In this document: in pieces, positions 26,218-35,258 of the stretch | How the letters are laid out: every line of letters begins with the position of its first letter | Numbering within the stretch: the stretch's first letter is position 1 | Assembly: GCA_964410185.1 (NCBI GenBank) | Contig: CAYPFM010000002.1 | Coordinates: 134,047 to 198,046 of the forward strand | Origin: an uncultured Candidatus Saccharibacteria bacterium | Lineage (GTDB): Bacteria > Patescibacteriota > Saccharimonadia > Saccharimonadales > JAUPVS01 | DNA length: 64,000 nucleotides | Reading direction: 5' to 3' | Translations under genes and position numbers: made by a program | The notes under the pieces: generated by a model | Database searches by the model: none | What the model was told of the DNA's origin: nothing | What the model saw: the letters and a program-made list of their open reading frames with translations, nothing else

Positions 26218-27161
26218 TATTGTCCCTCTGTTTCGGATTCGGTGTGATGGCTGTGACCATCCCCATACTTCACAAGCACTGTATCATAGAGTCCGGCCGG
26301 GGCGGTAGAGTAAAACGCTACCGGATTGTTTTCGCTTGGGGTGAGCAGTGTTTTGTAGGCGGCGAAGTCCAGTGGATTGGCTGAGTGTTTAACATCCTGC
26401 ACCCAATTATCGAAGTCTTCTTGCGAGCCCACCCGAGTAGTGAACTTCATGTTGGCAAAGCCCTCACCGTTAATTTCGGCGGCTTGCCCGGTGTAATCAC
26501 CATTGGTATCGGCCATCAAGTTGAGCTGGTTGGAATGTCCTGTCATGGCATAGAGTTGCCCGCCAAGATGTGGAATCCAGAAAGAGTTCATGGGCGCCTC
26601 GTCGGCAGTGAGGTTGAAGTGTACTGGTGTATCGGCCGGGATTTCTACAAAATTAACAGTAGCGATGTTTTGCTCTGGATAGATAAACAGCCACTTCCAG
26701 CGCAAGGCGATGACCTGGATGGTGAGCGGCTTGGTGTCGGAAGAAATTGCCTTGTGGGGGTCAAGCTTGTGGGTCGCTGGAATCATCACCGAAGCGAGAA
26801 GTAGCAAGACAATACATGGAATCACCCATAAACTAAAGGCCGAGAATTTACCCTGCCCTACTTTGGTGTCGCGCTTGGCGTGTTCGTTTGATGCTCGATA
26901 TTTCCAGGCAAAAAAGTACAGCATGGAGAGGGTTGGGATGGCCACTGCTAGTAAGATGCCCACAACCGTAATAATAAGGCGTGCTTGCTGATCGGCGATT
27001 AATCCCTTGGGGTTGAGTAAGACTACATCCTTGCCGCGCAGCAGCACTACCATCAGGAGCGCGAGTGCGGACAGTCCCAAAACTATTACTCGTGCAGATG
27101 TACCCTGACGCGACGGTTTGTGCCGTTTCATTACCATAACCTCATTACTACCATCATACAC
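26217..27161 (-). CDS. cyoA: Ubiquinol oxidase subunit II (no CuA ligands); start possibly 27131
   Basis: 314 aa; two TM, then a cupredoxin domain NSFWIPHLGGQLYAMTGHSNQLNL...AEINGEGFANMKF, which lacks the CxExCGxxHxxM CuA motif as quinol oxidases do. Confidence 0.88.
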   Translation of the reverse strand: MYDGSNEVMVMKRHKPSRQGTSARVIVLGLSALALLMVVLLRGKDVVLLNPKGLIADQQARLIITVVGILLAVAIPTLSMLYFFAWKYRASNEHAKRDTKVGQGKFSAFSLWVIPCIVLLLLASVMIPATHKLDPHKAISSDTKPLTIQVIALRWKWLFIYPEQNIATVNFVEIPADTPVHFNLTADEAPMNSFWIPHLGGQLYAMTGHSNQLNLMADTNGDYTGQAAEINGEGFANMKFTTRVGSQEDFDNWVQDVKHSANPLDFAAYKTLLTPSENNPVAFYSTAPAGLYDTVLVKYGDGHSHHTESETEGQ

Positions 27162-27247
27162 CCAAAGGCCTTATGGTAACTAGACTATAATCGGTCAACC
27201 TTGCTGGACGCCCCATGGCTTTTAGCTTATGCTAGCACTACACTCGT

Positions 27248-28117
27248 GTGATAGGATTGCAATTGCTAAAAAAATACTACGACCTCACCAAACCCGGCAT
27301 TATCTACGGCAACGTCCTGAACGCCACCGCCGGGTTTTTATTGGCTTCACGCTATCACATCAATCTGTTATTGTTGGCAACTACCCTGCTTGGCACTTCG
27401 TTGGTGGTGGCATCAGGCTGTGTCTTTAATAACTATCTAGATCGCAACATCGACAAAAAGATGTCCCGTACCAAGCAGCGTGCGCTGGTAATCAAGAGTA
27501 TATCGGTACGGAATGCGCTGATTTTTGCTACTGTTCTGGGTATTCTTGGGTTTACGGTGTTGGCGGTGTTCACCAACTGGCTAGTGGTATTGATTGGTCT
27601 GATTGGTTTTGTGGATTATGTGATTGTCTATGCCTACGCCAAGCGGCATTCGGTGCACGGCACGCTGGTGGGCAGTATCTCGGGCGCGGTGCCCATCCTC
27701 GCCGGTTATTGCGCGGCCAGTGGACAGTTGGACGGCGCGGCCGTGATTGCCTTCTTGCTGCTGGCGGCTTGGCAGATGCCCCACTTTTACGGTATTGCCA
27801 TGTATCGCTACAACGACTACAAACGAGCCGGCCTGCCGGTGATGCCAGTGGCTCGTGGCATGCTAGCAACCAAACTCCAGACCCTCATTTACATTGTGAT
27901 CTTTATGGCCATCGCCAGCCTACTCACCATCTACCATTACACCGGCTACTGCTACTTGGTTGTTATGTTGCTGGTCGGCTTGGCCTGGTTTGTTAAGGGG
28001 GTCCGTTTGTTCAACATCAAGGATGACAAGCTGTGGGGTCGCAAAATGTTCCTATTCTCTTTAATTGTGGTGCTGGTGATGGCAGTGATGCTATCGCTTG
28101 GTGCGCGACTTCCCTGA
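27248..28117 (+). CDS. cyoE: Protoheme IX farnesyltransferase (heme O synthase)
   Basis: 289 aa (GTG start); LTKPGIIYGNVLNATAGFLLA and NNYLDRNIDKKMSRTKQRAL (UbiA-type Asp-rich motif). Confidence 0.9.
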   Translation: MIGLQLLKKYYDLTKPGIIYGNVLNATAGFLLASRYHINLLLLATTLLGTSLVVASGCVFNNYLDRNIDKKMSRTKQRALVIKSISVRNALIFATVLGILGFTVLAVFTNWLVVLIGLIGFVDYVIVYAYAKRHSVHGTLVGSISGAVPILAGYCAASGQLDGAAVIAFLLLAAWQMPHFYGIAMYRYNDYKRAGLPVMPVARGMLATKLQTLIYIVIFMAIASLLTIYHYTGYCYLVVMLLVGLAWFVKGVRLFNIKDDKLWGRKMFLFSLIVVLVMAVMLSLGARLP

Positions 28118-30289
28118 TTTCCGGCTTGGTTTTGCGGGTGGGGTTGGCTCATCTTCGGCAGCGCCGTCAATGTGCAGCTTAGGCAGCCAGTTGAGCCATC
28201 GTGGGAACCACCAGTTGGCCTTACCAAGTAATTCCATACTAGAAGGTACTAAGATCATTCGAACGATGCTGGCGTCCAACAGGACGGCCACAGCCAGGCC
28301 CAAACCAAATTCTTTAATGATGCGGTTGTCGTTCAGTACAAAACTAGCAAAGACGGTTACCATAATCGCCGCCGCGGCAGTGATCACGCGCGCCGTGTAG
28401 TTGAGACCATCGGCCACGGCGGTGGCGTTATCGCCGGTGCGATCATATTCTTCTTTAATGCGCGACAGCAAAAAGACCTCGTAGTCCATCGACAGGCCAA
28501 ACAGAATGGCGAACATAATCATTGGCACAAAGCTCTCGATGGGACCGGTGTGCCCGAGGCCGAGCAAGCTCGACCCGTAACCCCACTGGAATACGGCCAC
28601 TAAAACACCATAGGCCGCACCAATCGAGAGTAGATTCATAATAACGGCCTTGAGTGGTACCAGGACGGAGCGGAAAACAACTAATAAAAGGATGAAGCTG
28701 AGTACCAAGACGATGCCAATAAATAGCGGCAGGCGGCTTTGGAGGAGGTCGGCCAGGTCATCGAAACTGGCGGTAATACCGCCAACGTGCACGTTGGCCG
28801 GTGCTACCTGGCGGATTGACTTTATCAACTGGCTGGTGGCTTGGTCTTGTGGCGAGGTAGTAGGAATGACTTGCATGACTGCGGCTGTCATTTGTTGGTT
28901 GGGCACGGCTGGCGAGACCGATTGTACGCCCGGCATAGCCGCTAACTTGGCCTTGAACTCGGTGAGCTCGGCCATACTTTGATTGGCTTGCCCGGCTGGT
29001 AGCTCGGCCACTAGCAACAGTGGACCGTTGGCACCAACGCCAAAGCCCTGCCCGATTAAGTCGTAGGCTCGGCGGGTGGTATCGCTGGTGGGACGACTAC
29101 TGGCATCGGACGAACCCAGCCGCATTGAAAACAACGGTATGGTCAGGATGAGCAAAAAGCCGAGGCTGAGCACCATGGCCGGCCACGGATTGCGCTGCAG
29201 GAACCGACTCCAACGATACCAGACGCTGTGCTCCTTGGTTTTGGTCTTGCCAAAATGCGGCAGTCGCAAACTGTCGATCTTGAGGCCAACAAAGCCCAGA
29301 ATGGCTGGCAACAAGGTGATCGAAGCCAGCATGGTTATGAGGACAACCGTGGCCGAGCCAATCCCCATACCACTAATAAAGCTGACGCCGATCAGCACCA
29401 TACCAAGCAACGAAATCACCACGGTTGTGCCAGCAAACAGCACCGACCGACCGGCTGTATCAATGGCCTTCACGACAGCCTGTTCGGGGTCACGTCCTTC
29501 CTCGAGGTTCTGGCGGTAACGCGTCACAATAAACAGCGCGTAATCAATTCCCACCCCGATGCCAATCATGCTGGCCAGCTCGATGGTAATGTCTGGCAAG
29601 GCAATAAAGTGCGACAGCAGCTTCACAAAGGCTACGCCAATGCCGATACCGAACAAGGCCATGGTAATTGGTAGTCCCATTGCTAACACCGAACCAAAGC
29701 TAATTAACAGGATGAAGATAGCCGCAATAATACCGTACAGCTCGCTGTTACCCGGCTTCATTTGCGTTTGGAAGATGTCGCCACCGAGTTCGATCTCGAC
29801 TCCCTTGATTTGGTTACTGGCGACAATGTCACGGATCTGCTTGACGCTGCTCTGCGGTATCGCCTCCCCCGACTGGTCGAATTGAATCTGGGCATAGGCG
29901 ATTTGCCCATCTCGACTGACCTGCTGCGCCCCGGCCGGCGTAAACGGACTGACAATGCCAGAGACATGCGGCACCTTGAGAACCTCGGCAAAGATGTAAT
30001 CCATGTCCATTTGGATGTTCATATCGGTAGCGCCGGTAGGCACTTTAAAGACGATCTGCCCGGTGCCGCCCGCCAAAGCTGGGAAACGTTGCTGGAGAAT
30101 GTCGACCGCCTGCTGCGAGTCGGTCTTACTGGTGCGGAACTGGCTACTAAAGTTATCACCGTAGTGCGTCGCGGCAAAGTTAATGCCCACCAGTATAGCG
30201 ACCCAGATGGCCAAAACGATCCAACGGTGACGATACGAAGTACGAGCCAGCTTTTTTAACATATTAGTTTCATAATAGCAGAAAGCCAT
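28091..30289 (-). CDS. MMPL-family (RND superfamily) transporter
   Basis: 732 aa; duplicated 6-TM modules with GIGVDYALFIVTRYRQNL and GLSMDYEVFLLSRIKEEY motifs. Confidence 0.9.
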   Translation of the reverse strand: MAFCYYETNMLKKLARTSYRHRWIVLAIWVAILVGINFAATHYGDNFSSQFRTSKTDSQQAVDILQQRFPALAGGTGQIVFKVPTGATDMNIQMDMDYIFAEVLKVPHVSGIVSPFTPAGAQQVSRDGQIAYAQIQFDQSGEAIPQSSVKQIRDIVASNQIKGVEIELGGDIFQTQMKPGNSELYGIIAAIFILLISFGSVLAMGLPITMALFGIGIGVAFVKLLSHFIALPDITIELASMIGIGVGIDYALFIVTRYRQNLEEGRDPEQAVVKAIDTAGRSVLFAGTTVVISLLGMVLIGVSFISGMGIGSATVVLITMLASITLLPAILGFVGLKIDSLRLPHFGKTKTKEHSVWYRWSRFLQRNPWPAMVLSLGFLLILTIPLFSMRLGSSDASSRPTSDTTRRAYDLIGQGFGVGANGPLLLVAELPAGQANQSMAELTEFKAKLAAMPGVQSVSPAVPNQQMTAAVMQVIPTTSPQDQATSQLIKSIRQVAPANVHVGGITASFDDLADLLQSRLPLFIGIVLVLSFILLLVVFRSVLVPLKAVIMNLLSIGAAYGVLVAVFQWGYGSSLLGLGHTGPIESFVPMIMFAILFGLSMDYEVFLLSRIKEEYDRTGDNATAVADGLNYTARVITAAAAIMVTVFASFVLNDNRIIKEFGLGLAVAVLLDASIVRMILVPSSMELLGKANWWFPRWLNWLPKLHIDGAAEDEPTPPAKPSRKSGKSRTKR

Positions 30290-30330
30290 GCGTAGTAGCC
30301 CCGGCAGAGTTAATTAAAAGTTAATAATAA

Positions 30331-30603
30331 TTGCTATGTATGGTTGAGGACTCTAAAATACTAAGCATGAACAGCATGGAGCGAGTTGAATTCTTACTTG
30401 AAGACATGAACGGGAAGTTCGACTTCTTAGTCGAAGCCGTTAGCATTCTTCAGAAAGATGTGGCAGAGATGAAACCGCTCGTTGCCCGAATTCCACACAT
30501 TGAGCAAACTCTGGACGAAGCCGTTAGAACATCAGGCCTGCATAGCCGCCAGCTCACTAATCACGAAGCCAGAATTATGACGCTCGAGAAAAGAGTCGCT
30601 TGA
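30331..30603 (+). CDS. Small coiled-coil hypothetical protein (start uncertain); C-terminal similarity to CDS 15829..16383
   Basis: ~80-90 aa; VAEMKPLVARIPHIEQTLDEAVRTSGLHSRQLTNHEARIMTLE compares with TAEIPAMNRRLARLDRRTKNIEVGLKITQVAVHDLSLDSKKHNKDIEFL. Confidence 0.45.
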   Translation: MLCMVEDSKILSMNSMERVEFLLEDMNGKFDFLVEAVSILQKDVAEMKPLVARIPHIEQTLDEAVRTSGLHSRQLTNHEARIMTLEKRVA

Positions 30604-31187
30604 ACAAGCCCATTATCGTCGATAGAACTCAACCAAACTCGTATATAACGGCGTTGATGAAGTACCTTCAGTCAGGGTCCCTGCTAGACTTGGGTGCTGG
30701 GCATGGTCGCCATGCAATCTATTTTGCACAACAGGGTTTTGTTGTTACCGCAGCCGAGCCAGTTACAGAGTATTGTGACGAAATCATAAACAAGGCCACA
30801 CACGCCAATGTAGTTGTTCAAGTCATCCAGGACGACATCAAATCCTTTCCTGTTGACGCAAAGTTTGATGCCGTCGTTTGTGCCATGGTTCTTCACTTCT
30901 TAGAGTACCAAGAAGCAAAGCAAGCTGTTACCAAGATGCAAAACCTGACGAACACAGGCGGTTGCAATGTTATTTCCGCCTACACCAGTAAAAATACCGG
31001 TGACTTTATGAAGGGTAATCCCTATGGTAGCCAGAAATACCTGCTCAAGCCGGGCGAACTAAAGGAGCAATACAAAGACTGGGAGATTCTAGAGTACTCC
31101 GAAGCCTGGACGCCTCCCGGGATTATCAATCTGGGCGACGTGCCAACCAGCTACCACAAGGTTAATATGATTGCCCGTAAACCCTAG
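30600..31187 (+). CDS. Class I SAM-dependent methyltransferase (TehB-like)
   Basis: 195 aa; LLDLGAGHGRHAIYFAQQGFVVTAAEP (motif I) and FDAVVCAMVLHFL. Confidence 0.8.
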   Translation: MNKPIIVDRTQPNSYITALMKYLQSGSLLDLGAGHGRHAIYFAQQGFVVTAAEPVTEYCDEIINKATHANVVVQVIQDDIKSFPVDAKFDAVVCAMVLHFLEYQEAKQAVTKMQNLTNTGGCNVISAYTSKNTGDFMKGNPYGSQKYLLKPGELKEQYKDWEILEYSEAWTPPGIINLGDVPTSYHKVNMIARKP

Positions 31188-31693
31188 TTATTTGTCTGTA
31201 AAGCCGTCATGATGTGATCGTATTCGGCTTGAGTGGTAAGTTCGTCTGCTTTCAGGCTGGCAGTATCACGCCAAACATATTCACTGACCTCATCGTTGGG
31301 GGCAAAATCACGATGAGCGAGCCTAGCACGCATAATCACGCCGACCAGCTGTCTTTCGTTACCCTCTTGCTTATGAAAGATAAGTCGACTGCCACCATAA
31401 CTAAAAGCGCCGTATTCCGAAGGCTTCATACCAAGCTCCTCTTGAATTTCTCGTTGCAAAGCTTCTTCTAGGGTTTCTCCCATATCCACAAAGCCGCCGG
31501 GCAAGTTCAGTTTGCCCTTTTCGGGTTCTTGGTTTCTTCGTCCCAGTAAGATCTTGCCATGATTATCTACAAACAGCGCATCGATTACCGGGATAGGATT
31601 AGCATAGTGATGGCGCCTGCAACCTGGGCAAAACCAAACAAGCCTTTCCTGGCGAACCTGAAGCTTAGTCCCGCAACCTGGGCAATAGTCCAT
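31184..31693 (-). CDS. NUDIX hydrolase with N-terminal zinc ribbon (NudC-like)
   Basis: 169 aa; CPGCGTKL...CPGCRRHHY, then the Nudix box GGFVDMGETLEEALQREIQEELG. Confidence 0.85.
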   Translation of the reverse strand: MDYCPGCGTKLQVRQERLVWFCPGCRRHHYANPIPVIDALFVDNHGKILLGRRNQEPEKGKLNLPGGFVDMGETLEEALQREIQEELGMKPSEYGAFSYGGSRLIFHKQEGNERQLVGVIMRARLAHRDFAPNDEVSEYVWRDTASLKADELTTQAEYDHIMTALQTNN

Positions 31694-31735
31694 TCCCCAA
31701 GTATAGCAAATTCAGCCCGGGACTTGCCCGCTGCT

Positions 31736-31809
31736 GGTTTTGTATGAAGCTAAGCATTGCATCTGCAGGCCGCAGGCCGAAGCCGCAATGCGAAGCTTTG
31801 TACAAAACC
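31736..31809 (-). repeat. Hairpin-repeat family, copy C: 25-nt arms (21 paired) plus conserved apical module; abuts stop codon of CDS 31809..
   Basis: Arms 31736-60 / 31785-809. The loop on the minus strand is ggcttcGGCCtgcGGCCtgcagat. The loop and 5 closing bp (attgc/gcaat) are near-identical to copy B, but the rest of the stem is unrelated. Confidence 0.8.
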
Positions 31810-32057
31810 TAGCAAGCAGGCCGAGTACCAACTAACATCCACTCATCATTCTCATTCCTCAACCGGTACGTCGTTGTCCCATCGGTCATGTCGAACAAGC
31901 GGACGACGCGTTCGCCACTCTTTACCAAGTACTGAAAGCCATCCTTAAAAGTGCAGCGAGTGGTGCCAAACTCAATTTCTCGAGGGAAGCTGCGGAACTC
32001 GCGGCCACGGTGAAAGCTGAAAGAAGTAACGTTAACGATGCTATTGATTAATTCCAT
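31809..32057 (-). CDS. Hypothetical 82-aa protein (in-frame ORF continues upstream to 32552)
   Basis: ATG 32057 is preceded by AGGAG at an 8-nt spacing: MELINSIVNVTSFSFHRGREF... The longer 247-aa frame has no other ATG and overlaps the start of the CHASE gene. Confidence 0.45.
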   Translation of the reverse strand: MELINSIVNVTSFSFHRGREFRSFPREIEFGTTRCTFKDGFQYLVKSGERVVRLFDMTDGTTTYRLRNENDEWMLVGTRPAC

Positions 32058-32381
32058 ATCTAAACTCCTGTAATATTCTTGATAATTATTAAGAACAGTT
32101 AACGGGTTTTGGAGTGGAGTTGCCTGGCTAAAAGCAGTCACCGTTTTGACGACTTTTGTAGCACCGAGGAAACTAATTTGTTTAGATATGAGGCGCCCAG
32201 GGACGATTAGATGACTAAAGGTTTGGTTGCCGAATGTAAGTCTGTACGGAGGAAGTCCAACAAGTTGGCCAGCCCGCACATGACTATCCACAGTATAGTC
32301 CAACCATAAGCACTTGAGAACCCCAAAATGCTTAACGTTTGCTATAATATGTAAAGATACTAACACTAACCAAAGATACCT

Positions 32382-33488
32382 GTGGAAACAAGACTGCTCC
32401 GCCCCAAATTCAAGTTGCTCAGCATTGTATCTTTTTTGATATTGATTGCCATTGCCATTGGTACGCTGTGGCTGAGCCAGGTTGCAGCCAGTGCGGTACG
32501 ACAAAAGAATGCTAACCAGTTTGCTTGGGATAGTCACATTATCAGTAATCACCTCCAGAACAACCTTGAGGGGTACAGCAACGCACTGTATGGTGGCCGG
32601 GCCTTTATTCTGAACAGTAATGTTGTGACATCTGCCGAGTGGACTGGTTATTACCGCAATCAGGACATCTTCAACCGGTTAAACGGTCTTAACAGCATCT
32701 CCTATATCCAGCTCGTACCGGCGGCAAGCGTTGACCAGTTTGTGGCTCAAAAGCGGCAGCAACCGGAAATTGGCCCCAGCTATACGGTCAGCCCGGCTGG
32801 TAGCCGTGGAGTTTATGCCTTGGGAGCGTTGGCGGTTGGCGCGACCGATAACCTCAAGCCGAATGGTTTCGATGTCTACTCAACTCCTGATAGGCGCGCC
32901 GTCTATCAGTTGGCTCAAGATACTGGTTTACCGGCTGCTTCCGGCGAAACAAACTTTACTGATGGCAATAAGGGAATGTTCATCGCCCTGGCACTTAATC
33001 GCGAAGGTGCGACGGCTGGGTACGTGGTTGCGGCGGTACACAGCAACAATTTCTTCTCGACGGTTATCGACGAGACGACTCTTGGAGTGGTGAGCGCCAG
33101 GGTGATTGATGTCACCGACTCCAAAAAGCCCAACATGCTCTATTCGACCGCTAAATGGAATGATCATTCCAACGGCATGAGCCGAACGGACAAGATCACC
33201 TTTGCGGGCCGTCAGTGGAAGGTTGAATATCAGGCGCCCAAGAACTACACCCACCATTTGATCTCTACAGTCCTTCCCTATGTTGTTTTGTTCTGTGGGC
33301 TACTGTTGATATCATCACTAGGAATGATGTTCTACATCTTCTTCAAGACTGTGCCAATCTCGAAGCTACAGTTTGCACCAGGCGAAGAAAAGGGCAAGCC
33401 CCACTCTGGCGTGAAGACCAAGTCAACCGCCAAAGCCAGCGATCCGCACCACATTGTGGTGACCACCAATGTCGATCTTGACCCCTAG
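32382..33488 (+). CDS. CHASE-domain membrane protein without recognisable output domain
   Basis: 368 aa (GTG start); TM, then a periplasmic region FAWDSHIISNHLQNNLEGYSNALYGGRAFILNSNVVTSAEWTGYY...SISYIQLVP (CHASE-like), a second TM and a short K-rich tail. Confidence 0.55.
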   Translation: METRLLRPKFKLLSIVSFLILIAIAIGTLWLSQVAASAVRQKNANQFAWDSHIISNHLQNNLEGYSNALYGGRAFILNSNVVTSAEWTGYYRNQDIFNRLNGLNSISYIQLVPAASVDQFVAQKRQQPEIGPSYTVSPAGSRGVYALGALAVGATDNLKPNGFDVYSTPDRRAVYQLAQDTGLPAASGETNFTDGNKGMFIALALNREGATAGYVVAAVHSNNFFSTVIDETTLGVVSARVIDVTDSKKPNMLYSTAKWNDHSNGMSRTDKITFAGRQWKVEYQAPKNYTHHLISTVLPYVVLFCGLLLISSLGMMFYIFFKTVPISKLQFAPGEEKGKPHSGVKTKSTAKASDPHHIVVTTNVDLDP

Positions 33489-33489
33489 G

Positions 33490-34203
33490 CTATAAGAGCA
33501 GTAATGCGCCAATGGCGACAATGGCAATCAAGAAGATGCCGCTGGCAGCCATGTTGACAGCTTGATTGATGGTTGGTGAAACGACCGGCGTGGTTACGTC
33601 AAGAAGCTTGGCGATTGGCTCAATGAAGGTGCCTTCAAAAACATGCTGGCTGTCACCTTGGCCGGCTTCGCTAACTCCAGCAGGTAATGAGTCTCGCGCA
33701 GTGGAGCCGAACAGCTCGTTGAGCAGTTCCTGCTCCTGGCTGATGGGTTTTGCTGGCTTGGTGCCTGGTATTACAGGTGTCGGTAAGTCGACGTAGACGG
33801 TCACGCTCGGTGAACTTGGACCGGCCTGATCGAAGGCATCGTAGTTGAAGCTAGTCAGGACATTCTTGCCCGAAACGAGCGTGATGTTGGCCGTAAAGGT
33901 CGAATCGGGCGCGCAGGTCACCGAACCGGCCAAGATGCCATTATCAAAGATGCGGACGAGCAGATCAGCCCCACAGCGGCCTATGACGACTAATGGCGTG
34001 GTGCTACGGTGGATCCCATCCTGCGGCTGGTCAATGATGGCCGCTTCGGTTGGGACGGTCGGCAAAACCAGGGCGGTTACGTTCACATTCCCGCTCTGCG
34101 TAATCACGACGGCGTGAGCCTTTGGTGTGGGCAGGCAGCCCACAATGGTAATCAGCAACCCTACGGCCAGAAAGCCGCGCGCGAGAAGTTTGGCCCTACC
34201 CAT
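33490..34203 (-). CDS. Secreted Ig-like-domain protein with C-terminal TM anchor
   Basis: 237 aa; signal peptide ...PKAHA, a beta-rich segment with a Cys pair (GRCGADLLVRIF..SVTCAP), and a C-terminal hydrophobic helix. Confidence 0.5.
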   Translation of the reverse strand: MGRAKLLARGFLAVGLLITIVGCLPTPKAHAVVITQSGNVNVTALVLPTVPTEAAIIDQPQDGIHRSTTPLVVIGRCGADLLVRIFDNGILAGSVTCAPDSTFTANITLVSGKNVLTSFNYDAFDQAGPSSPSVTVYVDLPTPVIPGTKPAKPISQEQELLNELFGSTARDSLPAGVSEAGQGDSQHVFEGTFIEPIAKLLDVTTPVVSPTINQAVNMAASGIFLIAIVAIGALLLL

Positions 34204-34217
34204 CGTTTTCAGTGAAA

Positions 34218-35219
34218 CTATTGTTCTTTAGGTTTACTGTTCGCTTTTCGGACAACTCGCCGATTGTAGCGCTTGAGGAGCCGTCTGAAGATGAGGATAA
34301 AGAGGACGGCGAAGATAACGGCAAAAGCAATTAACTTGATTGGGATAATCCAAAAGGTCGTGTCGCCAATCAGCACGCCACCAGTTGTGCCGTAGCCAGC
34401 TTCAACATGCGCAGTGTAGCGTCCAAACAGGAACTTCTTATCAAAGGTTTGGTCGTAGCGTCGGGTTCCGCCTGGCAAAACGTTCTTGATGTTGCTGCCA
34501 AATGGGTATGAACCAACCGTCTTACCAAAAGTATCTTTAATGGTCATTGTGCCAACGGGCTTAACGTGTACGTTGCCGGTGTTGCTGACCTGGGTAACGA
34601 TATTGACTGGTCCGCTCGCAAAAAGCCCGCCGCGCTTGCCTTTTTGCTCGGTGAACATATCTTTGACCGTAAGCTTCTCGGTAATATTACCGGCCACACG
34701 CGCCAGTAACAAGGTTCCAACGCTAGCATTCAAAGTAACCTGGGCTTGCCCCTTAGGCGACACACCACTAAAGCGGATAACCCCGTAGTGACCACCAGAC
34801 TCAGCATTGGCGGGCACATTCACGGCCACGGTAATGGTTTGACTCTGTTTTGGTTGGAGCGTCAGTGGCGCAATCGGCCCGACCCAGCTACGTAACGAGT
34901 AGGTACCCTCAGGCGCACTTGTGTCGGTAAGAATCTTGGGGTTGCCGGAATCGTCGGCCGATACGAAATCATTAGTTGTAGCGGTAACCTCAAGCGGATT
35001 AACGGTAACGTTGGTAATGGTGAGCTTGAGTGTGTAGTTGCCGCCCTTTTCGCTGTTCAGATCGACAATAACGGGTGAAACCTGTAGACCTTGTGAGGTA
35101 TCGGCAGCATGTGCGATGCCCGTGCTGAGCATCGGGATGATTGCCACCGAAAAGATCGCGACGACTGCCAGTAATATGTTTGCAATGCGTTTGTGCACGC
35201 TTCCTCCTAATATACCCAT
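34218..35219 (-). CDS. DUF916/DUF3324-like cell-surface protein (WxL-locus accessory type)
   Basis: 333 aa; signal peptide, LQVSPVIVDLNSEKGGNYTLKLTITNVT, a C-terminal TM and a basic tail FRRLLKRYNRR. Confidence 0.55.
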   Translation of the reverse strand: MGILGGSVHKRIANILLAVVAIFSVAIIPMLSTGIAHAADTSQGLQVSPVIVDLNSEKGGNYTLKLTITNVTVNPLEVTATTNDFVSADDSGNPKILTDTSAPEGTYSLRSWVGPIAPLTLQPKQSQTITVAVNVPANAESGGHYGVIRFSGVSPKGQAQVTLNASVGTLLLARVAGNITEKLTVKDMFTEQKGKRGGLFASGPVNIVTQVSNTGNVHVKPVGTMTIKDTFGKTVGSYPFGSNIKNVLPGGTRRYDQTFDKKFLFGRYTAHVEAGYGTTGGVLIGDTTFWIIPIKLIAFAVIFAVLFILIFRRLLKRYNRRVVRKANSKPKEQ

Positions 35220-35258
35220 ATTAACTGGAATTATAGCACAGAGCCCAGGAGCAAAGAA

